From IMG/VR virus record IMGVR_UViG_3300019763_000006, positions 1-64,000 of that record: a DNA stretch of 64,000 bases; one strand, written 5' to 3'. A program made the translations under genes and the position numbers. The notes below the pieces were generated by a model that saw only the letters and a program-made list of their open reading frames with translations, did no database searches and had not been told where the DNA came from. This DNA is from a virus. This document shows positions 39,852-50,500 of the stretch, piece by piece (positions within the stretch are counted from its first letter, which is position 1; each line of letters opens with the position of its first letter).

Positions 39852-40236
39852 TAGCATGATAAATATATATTAATCAAGATTGTTATTTTATGACGAATTA
39901 ATTTATGGGGTCAACTTATAATCGTCAGCGGTTATAGGTAAGAATTATAATATATGTCATATGGCATGGTTGCTATAAACATAAACAAATTATAGTACTT
40001 TAAAAAATAGGTGTTTGTAACTTCAAAACAAACAGGTGAGGCACTTCATCTAGATAGTGAGAAATCTCAAGTGCCAAAATACATATTAAAAATATTTTTA
40101 AAAAAGCATTGACAATAATATGTGAATTATGACATACTTGAATAGAAAGTTATTTAAAATATTTTTTATAATTTTGTTTGATAATATAAACTTTGGATAG
40201 TCACTAATTATTAAACTAAAAAATATTATAAAAGTA

Positions 40237-40265
40237 TTGACAAAATTAATTTAATAATATATACT
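40237..40265 (+). promoter_or_regulatory. Sigma-A promoter
   Basis: TTGACA-17-TATACT upstream of the 208-aa gene. Confidence 0.75.
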
Positions 40266-40309
40266 AAAATAGTAAAGATTAAAAATTAAATTTTAAAGGA
40301 GAGAGCAAA

Positions 40310-40936
40310 ATGGAAAAAATGACATTACACAAAGCATTAGGAGAATTAAAAATATTAGATTCAAGGATTGAAAAATCAATTAATAATGGAGTATTTATCA
40401 CATCAAATAAGAACTCTAATGAAAAAATTGATGGAATGAGCATTAAAGATTATGAAGATAAAATTATTAAATCTTCATATGATAAAGTAACTGATTTGAT
40501 TAGTAGAAGAAGAAAAATCAAAGATGCATTGACTCATAAAAATTCAGAAATTGAATTTGAAGTGAATAATGAAAAATTTACAATCGCAACTGCTATTGAT
40601 AGAAAAAATAATCTAAATAAAGAGAAATTGTTTTTAAATCAATTAAAAAATCAATATTCAAATACGACAAGTATGGTTAATAGAGTTAATTTGCACTTAG
40701 AAGAAGAAGCTTTAAATGAAGCTCAACGCTTTTTTGAAAACAAAGATAATGTAGATGTTAAAAAAGTAAAAGCTTTACAAGATGATTATATAGAAAATAG
40801 AAAAATGAATCTAATAGACCCATTAGGAATTAGAGAAAAAATTGAAGAATTAGAATTAAGTATCCAAGTTTTTGAAAGAGAAATTGATTATAAATTATCT
40901 GAATTAAATGCAATAAATTTTATTGAAATAGAATAA
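40310..40936 (+). CDS. Coiled-coil protein (possibly DIP1984-like) linked to a downstream structured RNA
   Basis: MTLHKALGELKILDSRIEK...TIATAIDRK...LIDPLG...IDYKLSELNAINFIEI; mostly helical heptad pattern. Confidence 0.75.
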   Translation: MEKMTLHKALGELKILDSRIEKSINNGVFITSNKNSNEKIDGMSIKDYEDKIIKSSYDKVTDLISRRRKIKDALTHKNSEIEFEVNNEKFTIATAIDRKNNLNKEKLFLNQLKNQYSNTTSMVNRVNLHLEEEALNEAQRFFENKDNVDVKKVKALQDDYIENRKMNLIDPLGIREKIEELELSIQVFEREIDYKLSELNAINFIEIE

Positions 40937-40946
40937 AACAATTAAT

Positions 40947-41298
40947 AAGATTATATCCATCATTAAACGAAACCATAAACAATATACATTTAGATTGGTT
41001 TTATGCAATTACTAACTAAATTAAAAAATAAAAGAAATTGCATACTATGCTTATAGTAAACATTAATAAAAAACAAAAATATTTGGTATAATACCATTTG
41101 GTATAATACCATAAGTATAAAAGTTTAAAACTGTAAAAATAAAAGTTTAAAATTGTAAAAATAAAAGTTTAAATTGTGTAAAGATTAAATTGTAAAAATT
41201 AATGTTATAAAAATATATAAAATCTTACACCTACAGTTTGTAGTATGTATATTTTGACTCATGGGTTTCTGGTAAGCTGTTTAGTGGTGGATAATCTT
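40947..41298 (+). ncRNA. Predicted ~350-nt structured RNA with internal UAAA repeat array
   Basis: Nested long-range stems 40947-40968/41279-41298, 40969-40976/41261-41269, 40981-40989/41245-41253; internal helices; G.U wobbles; no ORF. Confidence 0.7.
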
Positions 41299-41309
41299 TT
41301 AAGTAATAT

Positions 41310-41385
41310 AAGGGTGTAGTTCAGAGAGTAGAACATCGGTCTCCAAAATCGAATGTCGTAGGTTAAAGTCCTACCACCCTTGCCA
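41310..41385 (+). tRNA. trnW: tRNA-Trp(CCA)
   Basis: Acceptor AAGGGTG/CACCCTT, discriminator G, encoded CCA; anticodon loop CTCCAAA; T-arm GTAGG-TTAAAGT-CCTAC. Confidence 0.9.
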
Positions 41386-41835
41386 AAATTAAATTATGGC
41401 ATTCTAAAAGATGTAAGTCCATTTATAAAAATATATCACATGAATTACAACAAAGAACTTAGAACAAAAATGTTATGTTAGAATTGTCTACATTTCCTTG
41501 AGCAAGAAGTGTAGCGTACATAAAAGTTAAATTTTATTGATAAAATTAGATTTTTAGATGTTGAAATTTCAACGTTTATAAAAATGATAAAATTAAATAT
41601 TTGGTTTGCAGACATATAAACACTATGTTTATGCAAGGGCGGTGTAGATATGGGTTATGAAAGTATATTGTAAGATATAATGAGTAATAATGGCAATATT
41701 GAGGTAGGATTAATTTTAGATGTAGAGATAGGTTGAGAAGTCATGAGCTTAACTGACAAGGTGTCAACTTTCGAGGCATTTTCTCTATATTTATCTTGGT
41801 GAGAAGTAGATATACGGAAGGTATGTGATTTTATA

Positions 41836-43362
41836 GTGTGTGAAGACAAGAAAAAATTAATAAAATTTGAGGATATTAATAATATTGATTTAAGCAAATT
41901 TCCAAAATGGAATATACAACAAGTAGAAGAATTAAAAGATTTTATAATAAAAGATTCTGAACATATTGAAAAAGTTTGCGATATTATAAATAAAACACCA
42001 AGAGAAGTAGCATTTTTAATAAGTGATTTAGTATTAAATTTAAAATCATCAAATTTTAGAGTTAGATTTAATTTAAAATGTGATATTTGTGGCAAGATAG
42101 TAAATCGAACTGTTTTTAGAGTAAAGAGGTCTAAAAATATATATTGTAGTAGTGAATGTTCAACTAAAAGTCATATGAATGGTCGATATGTAAAATGTAT
42201 GAATTGCGGAAAAATGGTTTATAAAAATCCTACAAATCAAGCAAAATCTAAAAATTTATTTTGTAGCAAAAAATGTGCAGATATTTATAATTCAAAACAA
42301 AAAATAACTAGAGTTACCCTTATTTGTAAATTTTGTGGGAAAGAATATGAAGTTAGTAAATACAAAGAATTTACATCTAAATATTGTTCTAATGAATGTA
42401 GACATAAATATGAATCAAAATATAATATTGGGATTAATAATAAAAGATTTAGTTCAGAAATGGTAAAATGTGACTATTGTGGAGAATATCATTTGAAATC
42501 TCAATGCCATTTAAAAGAAGGTAAAAAGAATTTTTGTAGTAATATATGTAGACAAAAATGGTTTAGTGAAGTATATTCGCAAAATGAAGATTATAAAGAA
42601 TATAGACGTAAAAATGCAGTAAAAATACTAGAAGATGGACTGATTCCACAAGTAAATACATCTATACAATTAAAAATAAATAAATTACTATCTGATTTAA
42701 ATATAAACTATATTAATGAGAAAGGGTTTAAATATTATTCAATTGATAATTATTTATACGAGTATAACTTATGTATAGAGGTTATGGGAACATATTGGCA
42801 TACTGACCATAGAAAATATAAAGAAATTAATTATTCAAAACAAGTTGATAGAATAATTAAAGATAAGGCAAAACAATCTTATATAACAAACCATTATAAT
42901 ACTCATATTTTATATTTATGGGAATATGATATAGATAATTATTATAATGAATGCAAGAAATTAATTTTGGAATTTGTTAAAAATAAAGGTATTTTAAATA
43001 AATATCATAGCTTTAATTATACAAATGATATAAACGGTGTAGCATATATGAATATGGAGATAAAAAGTGTTAATAAAATAGTCAATACTACTGTTAAAAA
43101 AGAGAGATGTAAAAAAGATGAATCAAAATGGATAAAATATAAATGTGATTATTGTGGTAAAGAATGTGAAGAATTAATATCACATTATAAAAAGAAAGAT
43201 AATCATTGTTGTTCAAGAAATTGTGCATATAAACTTAAAACTTTTAATCATTCTATAAGAACTAAATGTTCAAAATGTGGTAGGACAATTTTTATTAAAG
43301 AAAAACAATATAAAACATACAAAAAATATGTTTGTAAAGATAATATTTTTAATAAAAATTAA
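41836..43362 (+). CDS. Free-standing homing-type endonuclease: multiple zinc fingers plus Vsr/DUF559-like nuclease domain
   Basis: About six CxxC...(Y/F/C)CSxxC-type repeats; YSIDNY...IEVMGTYWH...DKAK...LYLWEYDI. Confidence 0.8.
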   Translation: MCEDKKKLIKFEDINNIDLSKFPKWNIQQVEELKDFIIKDSEHIEKVCDIINKTPREVAFLISDLVLNLKSSNFRVRFNLKCDICGKIVNRTVFRVKRSKNIYCSSECSTKSHMNGRYVKCMNCGKMVYKNPTNQAKSKNLFCSKKCADIYNSKQKITRVTLICKFCGKEYEVSKYKEFTSKYCSNECRHKYESKYNIGINNKRFSSEMVKCDYCGEYHLKSQCHLKEGKKNFCSNICRQKWFSEVYSQNEDYKEYRRKNAVKILEDGLIPQVNTSIQLKINKLLSDLNINYINEKGFKYYSIDNYLYEYNLCIEVMGTYWHTDHRKYKEINYSKQVDRIIKDKAKQSYITNHYNTHILYLWEYDIDNYYNECKKLILEFVKNKGILNKYHSFNYTNDINGVAYMNMEIKSVNKIVNTTVKKERCKKDESKWIKYKCDYCGKECEELISHYKKKDNHCCSRNCAYKLKTFNHSIRTKCSKCGRTIFIKEKQYKTYKKYVCKDNIFNKN

Positions 43363-43376
43363 AGGAGAGAATAATA

Positions 43377-43532
43377 ATGAAAAAAGGGAATAATAATATA
43401 ATAGCAATAATATTAATAATACTATCAACTGTACTTGCGGTAAAATATCCATTTATATTAGGGTTGTTAGTAGTTATAAGTGTTATAAAAATATTTGGAA
43501 TGGTATTAAATAAAAATAAAAAGGAGAAATAA
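43377..43532 (+). CDS. Small membrane protein (51 aa, not in track)
   Basis: MKKGNNNIIAIILIILSTVLAVKYPFILGLLVVISVIKIFG..., RBS AAGGAGAG. Confidence 0.55.
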   Translation: MKKGNNNIIAIILIILSTVLAVKYPFILGLLVVISVIKIFGMVLNKNKKEK

Positions 43533-43535
43533 TTT

Positions 43536-44015
43536 ATGAAAATATTAAAAAAAAATAAGTCAAAAGGTATTAAAGTAAATAAAAATATTAGCACTTCTAA
43601 GAAATATTGTTTTATTAATGATATGATAGAATCAATGGATGGTAAATTTAATTCAGTAATGTTTAAAATACATTATGATATTAATTTATTATTATTTTAT
43701 GCAAATATAGATATATATGAAGAATTAAAAGAAGATGAATTATTATTAGATAAATATGAAGAATATTTAGACATTATTCAAAATATTAAGAAAAAGATAG
43801 ATAAAAAAGATTTAATTTTATTAAATGAATTATTAGAAAAACAAGTTGATTTTAATTTTAGTTATAAAAATTTAATTTCAAAAGTTTTAAAATTTACAGA
43901 AATAGGAAATGTAAAAGAGATTGTAAAAGATTTGAAAGATTTAGATTTTTCAAATATTGAGAAGGTAAATAAAATTAAGGAATTTGTTAATAAACCAACA
44001 AGTGTAAAAAAATAA
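43536..44015 (+). CDS. Putative tail assembly chaperone
   Basis: 159 aa, two genes upstream of tape measure. Confidence 0.5.
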   Translation: MKILKKNKSKGIKVNKNISTSKKYCFINDMIESMDGKFNSVMFKIHYDINLLLFYANIDIYEELKEDELLLDKYEEYLDIIQNIKKKIDKKDLILLNELLEKQVDFNFSYKNLISKVLKFTEIGNVKEIVKDLKDLDFSNIEKVNKIKEFVNKPTSVKK

Positions 44016-44476
44016 TGGCTACAGTTGAACAAGTAATGAAACAAAAAATCAGAATGTTGCAAAAGGATTTAGAAGATATTGCAAGACATGATATACCCAA
44101 CTTAGTTGACAATGAGTTGAGAAATGCTATAGATGATACAGTATATAGTGTTCCAGAGAGTGATTATTATGATAGAACTTATGGATTAAGAAATTCTGTA
44201 ATAGCAAAAACGAATAAAATTAATAACAGCTCTTATGAAATCACTGGGTTTGTAGATGCGAATCAGATGTCATATGAACCATATACAGAACATTCAAGTT
44301 GGGTTACTGGGTATGATATGAGGGATTTAATAGATTATTGGATGAATTATGGGCATCATGGAATAGTGGATTATACCCCTGCATATTTCATTCAATTGGC
44401 TCAAAAAAATGTTGATATGAAAGTTAAGAAGTTAATAAATTTTAAAATGTCAAAGAAAGGCTATAATATAAAGTAG
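44015..44476 (+). CDS. Tail completion/HK97-gp10-like protein or chaperone extension
   Basis: VYS...YDRTYGLRNS motif; directly before tape measure. Confidence 0.5.
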   Translation: MATVEQVMKQKIRMLQKDLEDIARHDIPNLVDNELRNAIDDTVYSVPESDYYDRTYGLRNSVIAKTNKINNSSYEITGFVDANQMSYEPYTEHSSWVTGYDMRDLIDYWMNYGHHGIVDYTPAYFIQLAQKNVDMKVKKLINFKMSKKGYNIK

Positions 44477-44516
44477 CCTTTCTTTTTATATGTAGAAAAA
44501 GGTAGGTGATTGTATT

Positions 44517-47500
44517 TTGGCTGATGAAAAGATAGATGTTAAAGTCAAACTTGGACTTGATAGTACATCGGAACAACAGGTAAAAAAAGATGTTTCAAGA
44601 GTTACAAAAGAATTAGAAAATCAAGTTAATTATGAAAAACAAAGAAAACAAGTAATTAACAATATCGCAAAAGAATTGAACACTACATCTTCAATCATAG
44701 AAAAATCTTTAAAATTAACAGAAAGAGAAAGAAAAGAACACGAAAAGGTTTTACAATTATCAAAAAAAAATGAAATATCTGAAAAGAAGCAATTAGAAGA
44801 TTTAGAGTTAAAAATAAGATTATTTAAAGAGTTACAAACTAGAAATATTACCTCTTTACAATCAGGTAATTTAAAAGGATTATATGATAAAAGTGCTTTA
44901 GATTCTTTTCAAAAATCTTTATCTGAATTAAGTATAAATACTCCAGATTTAGAAAAGAAAATGAAATTATTAGGTTCTGAATTTAAAAATATAAAAAATG
45001 GAGCTCAAAATAGTTCAAAAGCCATATCAGTTGCTAGTAAAGAAACTGCTTCGTTTGCAACTGGTATTAAAGATGCTGCAATTAAATTTGGATTATGGTC
45101 TGCGGTAACTGTTGCTTATTATGGAGCTATAAGAGCAATAGGCGAAGGTATAGATACTATTAGAGAATTAGATACCGCTCTGGTTGAATTAAAAAAAGTT
45201 ACTGATGAGACAGATGTTACTTATCAAAAATTTACTGATACTGCATTTCAAATGGCAGAAGCGACAGGAAGTTCTGGTGTAGATGCTATTAAGGCAACAA
45301 GTGCATTTGCTAGAATGAATTTTACATTAGAAGAGTCTATTAAATTAGGCGAAAAGGCTTTAATTTTACAAAATATTGGTGATGGTATAAATACCATAGA
45401 AGAAGCAACGACAAGTTTGGTTGCAATAATGAAAGGATTTGAGCTTCAAGCAAAAGATTCTGAACATGTTATAGATGGATTGAATGAAGTATCAAATAGA
45501 TTTGCGGTAAATACAAGTCAATTATCAAATGGTTTAATGAGAATATCTGCAACATCTAATCAATCTAATAATAGTTTAGATGAAACGATTGGTTTAATGA
45601 CTGGTGCGGTTGAAATCTTACAAAATTGGGAGAAGGCATCTTCTGGAATAAATGTTTTAACGCAAAGGATTAGAGGGGTAAGTGAAGAAGGAGAAAATCT
45701 ACTCCCAACACTACAGAAAACATTTGATAGTTTGAAATTAATTAGTGGGGAAACAGTTAGAATACCTATAGAAGACGCTAATGGAGATTTAAGAAGTACT
45801 TATGAAATTTTGCAAGATTTAAGTAAAATATACCCAAATTTAGAATCTAAAACAAAACAATATGTAGGCTCTTTAGTTGCTGGAAAAAGACAAATTACAG
45901 TATTAGAAGCAATATTGCAAAATTTTGAGAATGTAGAAAAAGCGACCCAAGCAAGCATAGACTCAGCTGGAAGTGCTAGAGTAGAACAAGAGAAGTATTT
46001 AGATAGTATCGAAGGTAAAATGAAAATTTTAGATAAAACAACACAAGAATTTTGGAGTCATTTTATTAGTTCTGATACTGTAAAAAGTACTATAGAAGCT
46101 TTTACTAAATTTATTGAAATATTTGATAGATTAACACAATCAATTGGAGAAACAAATACGGTTTTATTGGCATTAACATTAGCAATATTAATTTTTAAAA
46201 AAGAAGCTTTGATAGGTGGTATAAAGGCTTTATATAATTTTTCTTTAAATTTATTAGGTATTGCAACAAGTGCAGAGATTGCGGCTGGGGCTGTAAATGG
46301 ATTTAATTTATCTGCTAGTGGATTAACATTTGGTTTAAGTTTATTAATACCAATGATATTACAAATAATAGATTCTAATAAAAAATTAGAAACAAGTTTG
46401 CAAGACACGAATACAGAAATTGAAAAACAAATAGATAATTTTGATAATTTAACAGAGAAAGAAAAAGAATTATTAGAATTAAGATTAAGAAATAAATTAA
46501 TTGATGAGGGTTACAGTAATAAGTCAGATGTTGAAAAAAGAATTGATGATATCAACCAGGAGTTAATAAGATTTGAAAAAATATCACAAAAGTTTAGCAA
46601 GATTGGAGAAACAGGTAAAGAGTCAGAATATAATCGTAGGATTGAAAATAGACAAAAAGAGTTAGATAAACTCCATGAAATAATGAAAACTTTTGAATTA
46701 TTAGAAAAAGTGGAGATGCATGAATCTAATAAATTAACTAATGCTTACACTAATCAAAGAGATGCTTTAAATTCTTTAAAAGATAAAGTTAGTGATACAT
46801 CAGATGAGATAGAAGAACTTACAGACAAAGAAAAAGAACATCAAGAAATGATGCAATTCTCTATAGAACAATTAGATACTCTTGCTCAAAAATACCCTGA
46901 ATATTCTGAAAAAGTTATAGAATATCAAATTAAAGAAACTGAAGCTGTAATTATTGAAGCTCAAAAAAGATTAAGTGCAATGGAAATTGAGTCTTCTGCT
47001 ATAGATAGAGTTATGCAAAAATACTATGGCATGAAAGGTGTTGCGGACGATGCTACTCTTAATATGAGTAGGGCGATTTTGAATACAATAAATAGTGGTA
47101 CATTTAAAGACGTTATTGATACTAGTGCATTAGATGGGGCAAAAAAAGATTTACAAGATTTACTAGACCTTCAAGAAAAATATTTTGGTAAAGACAAAAA
47201 ATCATCATCTAAAACTAAAGAAGCAACTGCATACTATAAAGAGCTTGCAAAAATTGCTGAAATAGAGAATAAAATTGCTATTTTAAAGACGAAGCAATCT
47301 TTGACTGATAATGAGCGTGAAAAGATAAAATTAATCAGACAACAAGTTGAAGAAACTAAAAATCTACAAGAGGCACAACATGTGTTAAATGAAGCTAGAA
47401 GAAGAGATTTAGCTAATCTTAAAGTGGGTAGCGAGGAATATACTAAACTTGAAAAGTCTATAGAGTCTACTTCTGGTGCATGGTGGACAGCTCAAAAGGC

Positions 47501-50500
47501 TATTCAAGATTATAATAAAGAAATTGATAATTTAATTAAAGAAATTAGAGATGATATAAAAGAAACAGATAAAGAATTAGCAAAAATCATTGAAGAACGT
47601 AGAATTGAAAATTTTAATAATCAAATCAAAATTACTGTTGAAAATATTAAAGATTTTGCGGATGAATTAAATAATGCTAGTAAATATGCTGATAATTTAT
47701 TAAGTGTGGGAGATTTAGAAGGTGGTTTTGAGGCGTTAACAAAACAATTAAATTCTCAATTACAAGTCACAAACGAATTAAATAGAGAATACGCTACACT
47801 ACAAACTTTAATACAACAAGCACAATCTTCAGAAGAAAAATCAAAACTAGCAGATAATATGGAAAAAGTTAGTGATTCTATCACTACTGCACAATTAAAT
47901 GCACAAAAATTAGTAACAGAAATTGGAAAATTAAAAATTGATGTTATTTCAAAACATTTTGGAGATATTACTTCTGAAATTGAAGAACAAATTAATTTAT
48001 TAGATTCTCAATTAGTACCACTTATGGAAGGGTTTTTAAGTGGATTAGATATTGATTTAGGTGAAAATTTTATTGGAAATCAATTAGATTTTGGTGGATT
48101 ACAAGATGCATTTAAAAATATTTTTGACAATGAAAAAAATAGAATTGAAGAAATAAATAGTTTAAGAAGAGAAGCTAATAGTCAAGAAATTAGCGAAACT
48201 AAAGCTAGTTATAATAAAGAAATACAAGATTTAATGAATCACAGGGCGGATTTAGAACGTAGATTAATGTTATCTTATGGAGCAGAAGAAAACTTAGCTA
48301 CTCAACACTATCAAAAAATGTTGGACTTTGTTGTACAATTCGCAAATGGTAGTGAAGAAGCTTTACAATCAATGTTGTCTGCGACTGGGAATTTAGGTGG
48401 TTCGGTATCTAGTGGTAATTATAGTTCTGCAAATCAAAATGTTTTAAATGATTATTACCAAAGATTCCCAAATAGTTTAATTCCTCCAGAAATTATTTTA
48501 CAAGCAAATACTAATTCTATGCAACCAAAAGGCATGCAATTAAATGTCCCATCTCAATTAAAAAGCACAAGTTCTGACATTAATGATTACATGGATGAAA
48601 CTGGGGCAGTAATATTTGAAAAAATAATGGAATTAGTTGAAAAACATGGTATAGACGATAAATTTTACGAAAAAATATTTGGATATTCTGGAACTGAAAC
48701 TAATCCTTTTGTAGATTTTGATGATGATGCTTTAGAAGGCGATTTTTATGCAATAGCTAAAAATATTCAATCTTATCTAGTTAATTCTACATCTAAAAAT
48801 CTCGAAGAAACAATTAATAATTGGATAGATAATATATTCAAAACAAATCTATTTACAGGTGTGAGTCATAATAGATTAGATAAAGATTATCTTGTAAAAA
48901 GGCTTTTTGGGGAAAGAGTGGATAAAGGGACTGGTGGAGAAGTATTAGAAAGTAAAGGCTTGTCTGCTGTTCAAGGTAAATTAGCAAGTGAATATGGTTT
49001 TAGTGTAGAATCTGCTAAAAATTTATTGGGTACTGATTTTAGAGAAATTGAAGATGTTGGAGATTTATTAAGGAATTTTACTGCATGGACAAAATCAATA
49101 CAAGACTTATCTATTGATGAGCGTGTGGCGGAATTAAATTTAGCAAAACAAACTACAGGTGAGATTGTAAACGAAATGCAACAACTACAGATGAATTTGC
49201 CTAAATTTGAATTTGATTTTGACATGAAAGAATATCAATCCAATATTAAAGATATTCAAGATGGATTACAAAATACATTTGAAGAAATCAGAGTATCTGG
49301 AAAATCAGTCGAAGAACAATTATTAGCTATTAATGAAGTGAGTAAAAATGCAAGTATTAAAATATCTGAACAACAAATTGAACTAAATCAAGCATTAATA
49401 AATAGTCAAAATGAATATATTAAAGCTCTTGAAGAAGAATATTTAGCAAATGAAGATAATGCCGAATTACAGGCAATTATTCAATCTAAATTAAATGATG
49501 CTTATAATCAAAGATTATCTTATGAACAACAATTAAGGAATTCAATTAAACAGAGATATGAAACTGAATTTAAGTTTATGGATAAAGAATTAAGTATGAT
49601 AGAAAGTACAAATTCTTTAAGGGAAAAAGAATTAAAACTTGCAGAGTTACGAGGGGAAACAGCTGATTTAGATAGTAATACTTTAGCGAATGAAAAAGAA
49701 AAACAAAATCTTTTAAAAGAGAATGTTGAAACTTTAGAGAGCCAAATGGCACAATTAGAAGTAGGTTCTTTTGAGTGGAATTTATTAAATGAACAATTAT
49801 TAAAATATAAAAATTCTTTATTGGATTCAGAAATTGCTGTAGAAGAAATTAATAATAAATTAAAAGAACAAGAAATAGACAGAATTAATGATGAATTAGA
49901 TGAAGAATTAAGAATATATAAAGAACTAAAAAATGCTCAAATTAAAAGACTAGAAGCAATGAAAAAAGGTAATACTGAAGCTGATAAAGAAGCTGAATTT
50001 ATTGAAAAAATAGCAGATGCGGAGCAAAAGGTTTTAAATATTCGTGAAAAATTAGCTAATTTAAGAAAAGAAAGAAATATTAAAGTATTTACAGGTAAAG
50101 GTTTTGAATTTCAAGCAAATCAAAAAGAAATTAAAAATACTACTCTTGAATTGCAAGAAGCAAATAAAGATTTGTCGGAAAGTAGAAAAGAATTTGACAC
50201 GTATAAATTTAATAGAGATATTGATTTAAGAATTCAAGCTATAGAAAAAGAAATTCAAAAAGAAGAGAATAATGTTCTAGCTCTTAAAAAACTAGCAGAA
50301 GTGGGAAAAATTACTAATGATATGTATAAAGAAGGGGCGGAAATTATTACAGGAAATCTAGTGCCTGCTAATGAACTTTTGATTGATACATTAGAATTAA
50401 CTGGACAAAAATTATTAGATAATATTGAGAAATTTAAAGATATGGAGAATATCTTTGGTAGAATCGGTAATTTATCTGATATATCAATAAGCAATAGTCC

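Noticed and set aside
41118-41222. Possible CRISPR/TIGR array or retron msr-msd
   Set aside because: No spacer-repeat alternation, and no Cas, Nop-domain or reverse transcriptase gene nearby.
38270-41400. Prophage attachment site near the recombinase or tRNA
   Set aside because: Phage genes continue on both sides and no duplicated tRNA 3' end was seen.
41715-41795. Hammerhead ribozyme
   Set aside because: CTGACAA deviates from CUGANGA and the GAAA core is absent.
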